The notes beneath the pieces are model-generated. The model worked only from the letters and a program-made list of their open reading frames with translations, was not told the DNA's origin and ran no database searches. This document shows, piece after piece, positions 37,272 to 46,004 of a DNA stretch of 64,000 nucleotides. A program made the translations under genes and the position numbers. This DNA comes from a candidate division WOR-3 bacterium (GTDB taxonomy: Bacteria > Hydrothermota > Tepidihabitantia > Tepidihabitantales > Tepidihabitantaceae), in contig CBFGIT010000003.1 of assembly GCA_965648905.1 (NCBI GenBank), positions 64,001-128,000 of the forward strand. Reading direction: 5' to 3'. Position 1 is the first letter of the stretch, and each line of letters starts with the position of its first letter.

Positions 37272-38915
37272 GTGAGATACGTTGTCCTTACCCTGGTCAT
37301 GTGTGGCCTGGCAGGGGCGTACACGACCAGCTCGTTCCGCAGTCAGGCGACCGCCGGGCTGTGGAGCGATGACTATGACCTGCTGTTCGAGCCGGCGCGA
37401 ATCCCGCTCATCGCCGGCAGCCGGGTGTATACCGGGCTGTCTAACCTGGTCACCGGCCAGGAAGAACAGTTCGGAAGCCGAACCGACAACTTCTACTTTG
37501 TCGGCGGCTCAACCGGGCTCGGCGCGTTCCATCCCGGCCTCGTGTTCGACCGCTTTGCTGCCCGGATTCCGCAGTTCACCGGCATTACCCGCGAGTACGG
37601 TGACTCGCTGTTCGGCTCGGCGCAACTGGTCGAGACCGAACTCGAAGACCTGGATTCCAACGGGACCTACGACTACAAGCGCGTCGATGTCACCAGGGTC
37701 GAAGCCTGGGACGAAGACGCTCAGACCGACTACTATCTCGGGCTCGGCCTCAAGGCCGGCTCGCTCCGGCTCGGCGCCGGCTTTGCCCGAGCCGATAGAG
37801 AGACCGAGAACTGGAACCCGTGGGCAAACCGGGTCTGGGAGCGACGAGACACGAATCTTGTCGACTCCCGGCTGGTTTTCTGGGAAAAGGACAGCGGCCG
37901 CGGTTCTGCGCGGTCGAGCGTCGCCGACAACCGCATCATCGCCAACGCCTGGTACGACCTGGAGTTCGTCCGGGTCGGACTCCTGGCCGACTTCTCACTA
38001 TTGGGTACGAAGTACGGCTATGACGGACACCGGCAGCGCAAGGTTGACCGCAGTCCGGCTGACCCGCTGATTGCCGACTACGTCAACGAGCGTGTCACCG
38101 ACACGGTAGCCCTGCCGTTCTCGGGCAACCGGATGTCGGCAACGCTCTCTCTCTTCTACGTGCCGAGCGAGCAACTGGAGAGCCGGTTCTACCTCTCGGC
38201 CGCGAGCCGAAGCAGCTCAGCCGCGTCCGATGCAGCCGGGCTCTACGCGTACCTGGCCGACAGCGTGACCCGACCCGGCAAGGACACGGTATGCGACTCA
38301 TCGCTTGTCCGGTACTCAGGCAAACAGGCCGGCACAAACCTGAGCTTGAGCACCCGCCAGCTTATCACCGTGACCCCGGCGTTCCGGTTCGGCTTTGGGC
38401 TTGGGTTCTCGACCGAGACCGCAAACGACTCCCTGGTCGGTGCGTGGACTGAGCGTTCCTTCGCCGCCCACAACAACGGCGACACCATTGCCGGCCGCGA
38501 GGACTGGCGCCGCCGGATCTGGTCTTCTGAGCAATGGCTCGACCAGATCACCTCGAGCACGAACACCATCAGCTTGCCGGTCGGGCTTGAGTATCGGGTC
38601 ATTCCCGCGGTCGCATTGCGCCTGGGCTTCAGCCACTTCATCACCTGGAGCGACCGGACCTGGGTCGAGCAACTGGTCGGCTCGTCACCCGAGCTTACCC
38701 GAATCGACTACGGCGACGGCTCCTACTTCGAGTACTTAGGCTCGGCCGAAACCACACCCGGCCAATCCGAAACCCAGCGCCGCACCACCCACACGACCCG
38801 CTACACCTATGGCATCGGGTTCAACCCGATTGACAACCTGCAGATTGACTTGATGGGCTTTGCCCGGCTGACCGACCTCACCAACTGGCGACTGTCGGCC
38901 ACGCTCAAGTTCTGA
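37272..38915 (+). CDS. Probable outer-membrane beta-barrel protein
   Basis: AAGGAGG RBS before GTG 37272; signal peptide; amphipathic strands; C-terminal LSATLKF. Confidence 0.7.
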   Translation: MRYVVLTLVMCGLAGAYTTSSFRSQATAGLWSDDYDLLFEPARIPLIAGSRVYTGLSNLVTGQEEQFGSRTDNFYFVGGSTGLGAFHPGLVFDRFAARIPQFTGITREYGDSLFGSAQLVETELEDLDSNGTYDYKRVDVTRVEAWDEDAQTDYYLGLGLKAGSLRLGAGFARADRETENWNPWANRVWERRDTNLVDSRLVFWEKDSGRGSARSSVADNRIIANAWYDLEFVRVGLLADFSLLGTKYGYDGHRQRKVDRSPADPLIADYVNERVTDTVALPFSGNRMSATLSLFYVPSEQLESRFYLSAASRSSSAASDAAGLYAYLADSVTRPGKDTVCDSSLVRYSGKQAGTNLSLSTRQLITVTPAFRFGFGLGFSTETANDSLVGAWTERSFAAHNNGDTIAGREDWRRRIWSSEQWLDQITSSTNTISLPVGLEYRVIPAVALRLGFSHFITWSDRTWVEQLVGSSPELTRIDYGDGSYFEYLGSAETTPGQSETQRRTTHTTRYTYGIGFNPIDNLQIDLMGFARLTDLTNWRLSATLKF

Positions 38916-38921
38916 GGAGGA

Positions 38922-40124
38922 ATGATGAAAAGACTATTCCTGCTTGGTGCTCTGCTGCTTGCCGTGGCCTGCCAGAAACCGGCCAATGAACTCGACGTCG
39001 ACACGAATCTGCCGCTTGAGACCGGGGCCGGGAACCTGCCTCGGGTCTGGTCTGTGACCCCGTCGTTGCGGGGAATGCTCCAGGACGATAACCCGGACGT
39101 CGCCGGGGTCCAGGCCACGGTCATGGTCCGGTTCCGCGACTTCATGGACCCGGCTTCGGTCACCGACAACGTCAGCGTGCTCAACACAACCACCAACCTG
39201 CTCCTCAACGGACTGGAAACGTGGTACAATGCCGATGCCCGCACCCTCTATCTCCGGCATTCGAACTGGGCCCAGAGTAGCGCGTACCTCCTGACCATCG
39301 GCACCGGCGGCGCCCGGAACCGCTGGGGCAAGCCGCTCGACGGCAACGGCAACCGGACCGAAGAAGGCACGCCCTACGACGACTTCCTGACCACGTTCTA
39401 CACCTCAGGCACGACCCCGGACAGTTGCGTCTCGACCATGCCGCCCGTGGTGCAGACGTTCGACCCTGATACCGAGGCGATTGACGACACGATGCCTGAT
39501 ATCACCATCAGCTTCTCCGAGTTGATGGACACAACCACGCTCACCACGGCCAACTTCCTGCTCAAGGATACAACCGGTTCATCAGTGCCGCTGGAGCGTG
39601 TCTGGGTGAACGACATGGCCGTCTGCTTCCGGCCGCGCGCCGGCTCGCCCCTGCTCTACGGCATGAAGTACACGATGACCGTGACGAGCAGCGCCGTGCG
39701 TGCCCGCGGCCTGCCGCGCACGCCCGGCCATGTCCTGCTGCTTGATGCCGACGCCGACGGGCCGGAAGAAAACGAACCCGACTACCTGAGCTACTTCCTC
39801 TGTGATACGCTCGACGCCCCAAACGTCGACGGCATCACCCCGACGAACAACGGCCTGCTCTTCGACTTCAACGACGACATGGACGAGACCACGTTGACTT
39901 CGGCGAACGTCCGGGCGTTCGACCGCGATGGTTATGTCCCGGGTACGTTCGTCTTCATGCGGGTCTCAGGCGACACGCGCCTGGCGTACTACTTCTCGCG
40001 GCCGGTGAACGGAACCCTGCGGGCGTTTGTGTCGAACGAGGTCAAGGCGAAGAATGGCCGACGCCTCGACGCAAACGACAACGGTATCGGCGGCGAGCCA
40101 CAAGACGACTACTGGTGGCCGTAG
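38922..40124 (+). CDS. Lipoprotein with bacterial Ig-like (Big_5-type) repeats
   Basis: Lipobox LAVAC; three F-x-x-x-MD repeats with LDGNGN/LDADAD loops. Confidence 0.7.
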   Translation: MMKRLFLLGALLLAVACQKPANELDVDTNLPLETGAGNLPRVWSVTPSLRGMLQDDNPDVAGVQATVMVRFRDFMDPASVTDNVSVLNTTTNLLLNGLETWYNADARTLYLRHSNWAQSSAYLLTIGTGGARNRWGKPLDGNGNRTEEGTPYDDFLTTFYTSGTTPDSCVSTMPPVVQTFDPDTEAIDDTMPDITISFSELMDTTTLTTANFLLKDTTGSSVPLERVWVNDMAVCFRPRAGSPLLYGMKYTMTVTSSAVRARGLPRTPGHVLLLDADADGPEENEPDYLSYFLCDTLDAPNVDGITPTNNGLLFDFNDDMDETTLTSANVRAFDRDGYVPGTFVFMRVSGDTRLAYYFSRPVNGTLRAFVSNEVKAKNGRRLDANDNGIGGEPQDDYWWP

Positions 40125-40184
40125 TGCACCCCTGATCCGATTCCGGGCCCTGGGCTTTGTCCGGGGCCCGGTCTGTTTGCCGCG

Positions 40185-40934
40185 CTACTTCTTCAGCGCG
40201 GCCTTGGAGAAGATGTAGTCCGGGATATCAACGTTGAACCGGACCGAGTCGAGCTTGAACTCGGTCCCGAGCCCGGCCTTGAGCACGTCGCGGAACACGG
40301 CCTTCCGCGCCAGCCACCGGCCGTCGAACTGCCCGACTTCCTTCACTTCCATGGTCTTGAGCAGCTTGCCGCCTTTGGAGTACCGCTCGTCCCGAAGCAC
40401 CAGGTCACGTTCCTTGTCCACCCAGAGCTTGCGCTGCTGGTAGGCGACGTCGGCCGACTTCGCCACGAGCTCAAGCTGCCAGACCGGCCGGCCTGCGACC
40501 GTATCCGTGCCGGTGACAGCGGCATCGTAGCTGCTGGCCAGGGTGCGGTCTTCAAGCAGGTCCTCATACGAAAGGTCTGACCCCGAAACTGACTGGCGCA
40601 GCATGTGGCCGGATATCAGTATTGTCCGGTCGCTGGCCGGCGAGTAGGTCCAGAGCTGGCTGCCGAGCTTGAGCATCTTGGTGCCCTTATCGCGCTCCGG
40701 AGCCAGGTACTCGCTGAACGACCGGTCCGCGCCGCTGACCCAGGACCTGGTTCTGATGGTACGCGTGCCCCGGCGGCCGTGAATCGTCATCTCGCCCACC
40801 ACCACCTTGTTGCCTGCGACGGCATTGGCATCGATGCGCTCAAGCAGGGCCTTGCCGTCGGGCAGCTCTGCTGCCAGACACAGACCCAGGAGTAGAACAC
40901 ATGCCGCCCCCAGACGTTGGACTCTCGACTTCAT
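40185..40934 (-). CDS. LolA-like outer-membrane lipoprotein-sorting protein
   Basis: APERDKGTKMLK...LWTYSP...GSDLSYEDL. Confidence 0.85.
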   Translation of the reverse strand: MKSRVQRLGAACVLLLGLCLAAELPDGKALLERIDANAVAGNKVVVGEMTIHGRRGTRTIRTRSWVSGADRSFSEYLAPERDKGTKMLKLGSQLWTYSPASDRTILISGHMLRQSVSGSDLSYEDLLEDRTLASSYDAAVTGTDTVAGRPVWQLELVAKSADVAYQQRKLWVDKERDLVLRDERYSKGGKLLKTMEVKEVGQFDGRWLARKAVFRDVLKAGLGTEFKLDSVRFNVDIPDYIFSKAALKK

Positions 40935-42199
40935 CCTGAAAACTCCTTTGCCAGCACTGCGGTCTGGCGTCGGTATACCCCGAGTCCGGAGATGGCCGCG
41001 CCGATGAACGTTGCAAGTAGTCCGGGCACAAGACCGATGACCGCGCTCTGCGGCTCGATGCGCGCGCGCAGCACGTCGTCAATCACCATCGTCGCATTGG
41101 GCATCATGCCCGAGATATTGATGCCGACCTCCTGCAGGTACAGGCTGAACCCGAGCCCGACCAGAGTGCCGGCGGCCGAGCCTGCAATCCCGATGACCAG
41201 CGCCTCAGCCAGAAGCGACCGGTACACCTGCCATTTCGACTCGCCGATTGCCAGCCGGATGCCGATTTCGCCGTAGCGCCGCAGACTGCCCATCAGCCCG
41301 GCATTCCAGAGCACCACTGCCATTGCGGTGACGAATATCCCGACAATCAGCGCGGTCGCCGCACCGATAAGGTCGAACATCGAACCCAGGCCGCTGGCAA
41401 CCCGCATCGTCTGCATCTCGGGTGCGAATTCGTCCTCGCCCGCGTGCGCACGGTTGAACCGGGCTGCCAGTTGCGCTGCCTGCCGGTCGTCATAACCCGC
41501 GCCAGGCAGAAACCCGAGCACCTCGTCTGCCGCGTCGTTCATGTCCAGGGCCTGCTGGATGTCGTGGATGTCAGCAACCAGGGCGGCCCGGTCCATCGCC
41601 GACACGCCGAACCGCACCGTGCCCGACAAGGTGAAGTTCTGCACTGCCATGCTGCCGTACATCGTCGAGGAGATGAGCGTCACCTGGTCCCCGGGCCTGA
41701 CCCCGAGCCGGTGCGCAAAGGCGTCGGACAGAAGCACCTCGCCCGGCTTCTGGGGCAGTTGGCCCGAGGCAAGCGACTGCTCGAGCCGGAGGACGCGACG
41801 CTCAGCGCTGCCTTCGGACAGGTCCACGGCCAGACCCGCAGCCGGCGACTGCACGCGCGTGCTGCCGGTCGAGTCGGGCACATCGACCAGGCCGCCGAAA
41901 CGGGTGCGCGGGGTCCAGACTGCTTCCGGAAAGTCGCGCCTGAGCTCGCCGATGACTTCGTCCAGGCCGAGCAGGGCGAGTTCGTTGGTCGCATCAGTGC
42001 CGGCCCGGGCCCGGGCACGCGTCGTCACCTGCACGTGGCCGGTGACGAAGTTCGCGGTTGCCTGGAACATCGCGTCGGACGCGCCGCGCAGATAGTTATC
42101 CATCAGGACGACCAGCGACACGCCGATCGCCACGGTCAGGAACGGAAACAGACTCCGGCTCCGGTCGCGCATCAGCCCCTTGACCAGGAAGCCAATCAT
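40931..42199 (-). CDS. ABC transporter permease (FtsX/LolE-like)
   Basis: RDRSRSLF...; RRYGEIGIRLAIG; large periplasmic loop; start MIGFLV (the upstream extension is a heptamer array). Confidence 0.85.
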   Translation of the reverse strand: MIGFLVKGLMRDRSRSLFPFLTVAIGVSLVVLMDNYLRGASDAMFQATANFVTGHVQVTTRARARAGTDATNELALLGLDEVIGELRRDFPEAVWTPRTRFGGLVDVPDSTGSTRVQSPAAGLAVDLSEGSAERRVLRLEQSLASGQLPQKPGEVLLSDAFAHRLGVRPGDQVTLISSTMYGSMAVQNFTLSGTVRFGVSAMDRAALVADIHDIQQALDMNDAADEVLGFLPGAGYDDRQAAQLAARFNRAHAGEDEFAPEMQTMRVASGLGSMFDLIGAATALIVGIFVTAMAVVLWNAGLMGSLRRYGEIGIRLAIGESKWQVYRSLLAEALVIGIAGSAAGTLVGLGFSLYLQEVGINISGMMPNATMVIDDVLRARIEPQSAVIGLVPGLLATFIGAAISGLGVYRRQTAVLAKEFSG

Positions 42200-42257
42200 G
42201 ACCGCGTCCCCACATTCTGCATTCTGCACTCTGCACTCTGCACTCTGACTTCCCGCC

Positions 42258-43448
42258 TCACGTCATTCTCCCGGACAGCGCCTCGGTCGGCTTGAGTTTG
42301 GCAATCCTGCGCGTCGGTATCCACGAGACGAACGTGGTCACGACAAAGACGAGCACGGTCGTGCCCAGAATCAGGCTCGCGGTGAACGCCGGGTACAGCC
42401 TGTCACCCATGGCAAAGCCCCAGGTGTCGCCGCCCGGCAACGAGAAGCCGTTGCGTTCAAGGTAGTAGAAGAACGGCCCGCCATAGGCGAGTCCGAGCAG
42501 GGCGGCCAGCACGCTGTGCAGGCCACCTTCAAGTGTGAACATGACAATGACCTGGAGTCGGGTCATGCCCAGGGCGATGAGCATGCCGATTTCCCGCCTG
42601 CGTCGGAATATCGAGAGCACCTGGGTGTCGAACATCGCCAGCATCGCCAGCAGGAACAAGACCGTGAACATGATCGACTGGCCCACGGTCTTGGACCGAA
42701 CCATCATTCGCAGGTCCGAGAGCAGGTAGGCGGGCGTGCGAAAGGTCCAGCCCGCACGGGACATGACCGAATTGTCCGGCAATTCGGATCGTGTCCCAGG
42801 CCCCTTAGCCACGGTGACAACCGTTGCCTGGCCCGGCATTGCGGCGAGCTCGCGCAGCTTATCAAGCGGCACCCACACCTGGCCGTGGTCAACCGTAGCA
42901 ACGCTGGTCTCGAAGACTTCCACGACCCGTCCGTCGCGCGCGTCAAACGCGCCGCTGGCGTCGCGCCACTGCACGGTCACGACGTCGCCAAGCCCGAGCC
43001 CGGCCGACCTCGCCATCCGGCGGCCCAGAAGCACAGGCAGGTCCTCGTCCTCGGCCAGCCTCGCGGTCGGGATGGAAAGCACCTTCTGAGCCGGGTCGAT
43101 GCCCTTGATGAACACCGGCATCAGGCGGCCCTGCGGGTAGATGCTGCCCTGGACAATGAGTATCGGCGCGGCCTTGCCCGCCTCAACCAGCGCCGCAAGC
43201 TCGCTCGGCACCACGGCATGGGCATCGGCCAGGGTCAGCGGGTCAAACGGGTCGTAGCCCTGGGCCCAGTACTGGCCGCCGCCGACTTCGAATGCGATTG
43301 ACGAATCCTCGGCCTGCTTGTTCACGCCGCGCAGCATGCCCTGGCCGAAGATGATGGCGACGAACGCGAACGACAGGGCCAGGGCGTTGAGAAACGTCCT
43401 GATGCCCGCCCCGCGCAGATTCCGAATCGCGAGCCTGAGGACAATCAT
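42258..43448 (-). CDS. ABC transporter permease (FtsX/LolE-like)
   Basis: LAIRNL; RRREIGMLIALGM; KLKPTEAL. Confidence 0.87.
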   Translation of the reverse strand: MIVLRLAIRNLRGAGIRTFLNALALSFAFVAIIFGQGMLRGVNKQAEDSSIAFEVGGGQYWAQGYDPFDPLTLADAHAVVPSELAALVEAGKAAPILIVQGSIYPQGRLMPVFIKGIDPAQKVLSIPTARLAEDEDLPVLLGRRMARSAGLGLGDVVTVQWRDASGAFDARDGRVVEVFETSVATVDHGQVWVPLDKLRELAAMPGQATVVTVAKGPGTRSELPDNSVMSRAGWTFRTPAYLLSDLRMMVRSKTVGQSIMFTVLFLLAMLAMFDTQVLSIFRRRREIGMLIALGMTRLQVIVMFTLEGGLHSVLAALLGLAYGGPFFYYLERNGFSLPGGDTWGFAMGDRLYPAFTASLILGTTVLVFVVTTFVSWIPTRRIAKLKPTEALSGRMT

Positions 43449-44170
43449 GATATCAGACCCGTCTGACTCGGCTGATTGGTCTGGGTCCGGTCATCGACCA
43501 CCGCGCCGTCAATGAGCGATATCTTGCGCCTCAGGTAGCCGATGACCTTCTCGTCGTGGGTCGAGAAGACAAAGGTCGTGCCCAAATCGCGGTTCAGCTC
43601 GACCATGGTCGCGAGTATCTTGTGCGAGTTCTCGGCATCAAGGTTCGCGGTCGGCTCGTCGGCAAGGACAATAGAAGGCCGCTTGACCACGGCCCGGGCA
43701 ATCGCGACGCGCTGACTCTCGCCCCCGGAAAGCTGGGTCGGTTTCGACCTGGCCCGGTCGGCCAGACCGACCCATTCCAGCGCGGCCATCACTGCCTTGC
43801 GCCGCTCAGCCGGGCTCATGCCCAACAGCAGCAGAGGAAACTCGACGTTCTCATAGGCCGTGTACACTGGCAGCAGATTGAACGTCTGGAATATGAAGCC
43901 AATCTGGCGCGAGCGCAGGGCCGCAGCCTCGCGTGCGGACAAGGTCTCCACCCGATGACCCAGCACGGTCGCGCTGCCCGAGCTCGGCGTGTCGAGCGTG
44001 CCGATGATGTTGAGCAAGGTGGTCTTGCCCGAACCCGACGGCCCGACCAGCCCGGCAAACTCGCCCTTGTGGAACGTCAGGCTGATGCCTTTCAGGGCCA
44101 CAAGCTCGGTCCGGCCCATCGGATACTTCCGCACCAGATTCTCGGTGCTAATCACCACGCCGTCATTCAT
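43445..44170 (-). CDS. ABC transporter ATP-binding protein (LolD-like)
   Basis: GPSGSGKTT, LSGGESQRVAIARA, LADEPTANLD; the N-terminal extension in the ORF track is a heptamer array. Confidence 0.92.
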   Translation of the reverse strand: MNDGVVISTENLVRKYPMGRTELVALKGISLTFHKGEFAGLVGPSGSGKTTLLNIIGTLDTPSSGSATVLGHRVETLSAREAAALRSRQIGFIFQTFNLLPVYTAYENVEFPLLLLGMSPAERRKAVMAALEWVGLADRARSKPTQLSGGESQRVAIARAVVKRPSIVLADEPTANLDAENSHKILATMVELNRDLGTTFVFSTHDEKVIGYLRRKISLIDGAVVDDRTQTNQPSQTGLIS

Positions 44171-44240
44171 CACTGCCTCCGATTCCTCTTCTGCCTTCTG
44201 CACTCGGGCTTCTGCCTTCTGCATTCTGCCTTCGTCCTTC

Positions 44241-45290
44241 TTAATGGTTGTACCCCACCATCACCTGCACGCCCCTGCCCTGGCTCGAATTGGAAACGCG
44301 ATTCTGCATCGTGTCTCCGCCTGGACCCCAGAACGCGGAGAAGTAGAACATCCATCGGTCCAGCGTCCGCTGCCAGCCGACATGGCTGTAGACGTCCTTG
44401 TTGCTCCAGTCGTACATCACGATACCGCGCAGGTTGTCCAGAAGCCCGAGCGGATAGCTGACCATCAGTGCCGAGAACTGCCGGCCTTCATCCGACTCCA
44501 CCCCCTCGGTAAAACTGCCGACAACCATGTGCTCGGCCACCACTGCCAGCCCGTTGCCGACGCCGAAGGTGTAGTCCAGGCCAACAGTCGCCGACCACTG
44601 CCACCAGTCCGTGTCTGCGAACCTGTGAACAGCTTGCCTCATGGTTGTTCCTTCGAGCCACAGGCCCACGCCGACGTCCCATTTCCCATCAATTCCCAGC
44701 CGGTCTTCGTCCATCTGCACCTGCACCGGGAAAGGGCTGATTGCGGTATCCTGCGTTCGGCGGTGGTGATAGCTCGCCGCGAGTTCGCCACGCGGCACGG
44801 GTAACTGCGCCCGGCCGCCGAACTCAGGCCTCCAGCGCTCAGAGCCGATATACTCCCAGCCCTTGGGTTCGGAGTTGCCGACCAATCCCCATGCCCAAAG
44901 GTTCGCGTTGTTCTGGAAATAGTAGCGGCCGAGCAGGCCATACACGCCATCGGTCAGACCCAAGGGGTCGCGCGGGTCCAGTCGGTCAAACCACATCAAA
45001 GGCCGCAGCAACGTGGCCGAGCCGAAATTGATTTTCTGCAAGCCTGCCCGCGCCTCAAACCTTGCGGTCGAGTACCGCACCCAGAACCGGTACGGCCTCA
45101 CCTTGACGTGCGTGCTGATGCTGTCCACTGAATGCGCCATTGCCGAGGCAAAGGCGTTCACCGACGCCTCGGCATCGAACCGCCCAAACTCAGCCTCCAG
45201 TTCCGGAATCAAGCGCAGCCCGGCCGGCACTGTCAACGGCGAAAGTCCGAGCCCGAGCCACCCCGCGAGCATAATGGGGACGCTACCCAT
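44241..45290 (-). CDS. Probable outer-membrane beta-barrel protein of the ABC/LolA cluster
   Basis: GLQKINFG...WFDRLDPRDP; amphipathic strands; start uncertain (45290 or 45272). Confidence 0.65.
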   Translation of the reverse strand: MGSVPIMLAGWLGLGLSPLTVPAGLRLIPELEAEFGRFDAEASVNAFASAMAHSVDSISTHVKVRPYRFWVRYSTARFEARAGLQKINFGSATLLRPLMWFDRLDPRDPLGLTDGVYGLLGRYYFQNNANLWAWGLVGNSEPKGWEYIGSERWRPEFGGRAQLPVPRGELAASYHHRRTQDTAISPFPVQVQMDEDRLGIDGKWDVGVGLWLEGTTMRQAVHRFADTDWWQWSATVGLDYTFGVGNGLAVVAEHMVVGSFTEGVESDEGRQFSALMVSYPLGLLDNLRGIVMYDWSNKDVYSHVGWQRTLDRWMFYFSAFWGPGGDTMQNRVSNSSQGRGVQVMVGYNH

Positions 45291-46003
45291 TTCCCCGCCT
45301 CGCTCTGCCGCGCGGCAGCGCGCGCAGGCGTCGCCCCGCCTGCCGCTCCAGTTCGTCAACGAAGCTCGCGCTGCCCATCGGCCGCCCGGTGCGCGTGCGC
45401 ATGCGCAGACGCTCCAGTTCCTCGCTGTCGTCCTCTGTCTTCAGCCACTCGGCCCAGTCCTCGATGGATGACAGCAGACCGCGCCTGTCTGAGAGCAGCG
45501 GGTCATGCCGCACGCCGGTGTGGCCTGCGGCGCTGCTCCACAGGTAGTCCTGAGCAGCGCGCACCATTCCGGCCCGCACCGGGTTCTGCTCGACGTACCG
45601 CACCGCCAGCAGGGTGTGCACCGGGTCCATCGGGCACGAGAAGAACCGCTCCTGCCACAGCCGTCCGCTCCAGCCCTGAGTCTTGTTCACATGCTGGGCG
45701 TAACGCAGGTTCACCGGTTTCAGCACCCGGGCAAGCGAGCTCTCGTGCTCGGGCACCACGACCAGATGGAGATGATTGTCCATGAGGCAGTAGGCCAGAA
45801 GCTCCAGCCCGCAGTCCTGCGCGTAGGCGTGCAGCAGGCTGAGGAACCGTCTGCGGTCGTTGTCGGAATAGAATATCTCAGTTCGTCGGTTACCGCGCTG
45901 GGTTACATGGTGCGCAACACCGGGCACGACCAGCCGGGCGATTCTGGCCACGGGCTATCATACGACGAGGCTGACAGGCGTCAAGTAAATAGGTAGCGTC
46001 CCC
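45276..46003 (-). mobile_element. RAYT/IS200-like Y1 tyrosine transposase gene (45283..45951) between 17-bp inverted repeats
   Basis: HHVTQRGN, YCLMDNHLHL (HUH), LWQERF, YVEQNPVRAG; GGGGACGCTACCCATTT (45276-45292) vs AAATAGGTAGCGTCCCC (45987-46003), 16/17 inverted match. Confidence 0.85.
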
Positions 46004-46004
46004 T

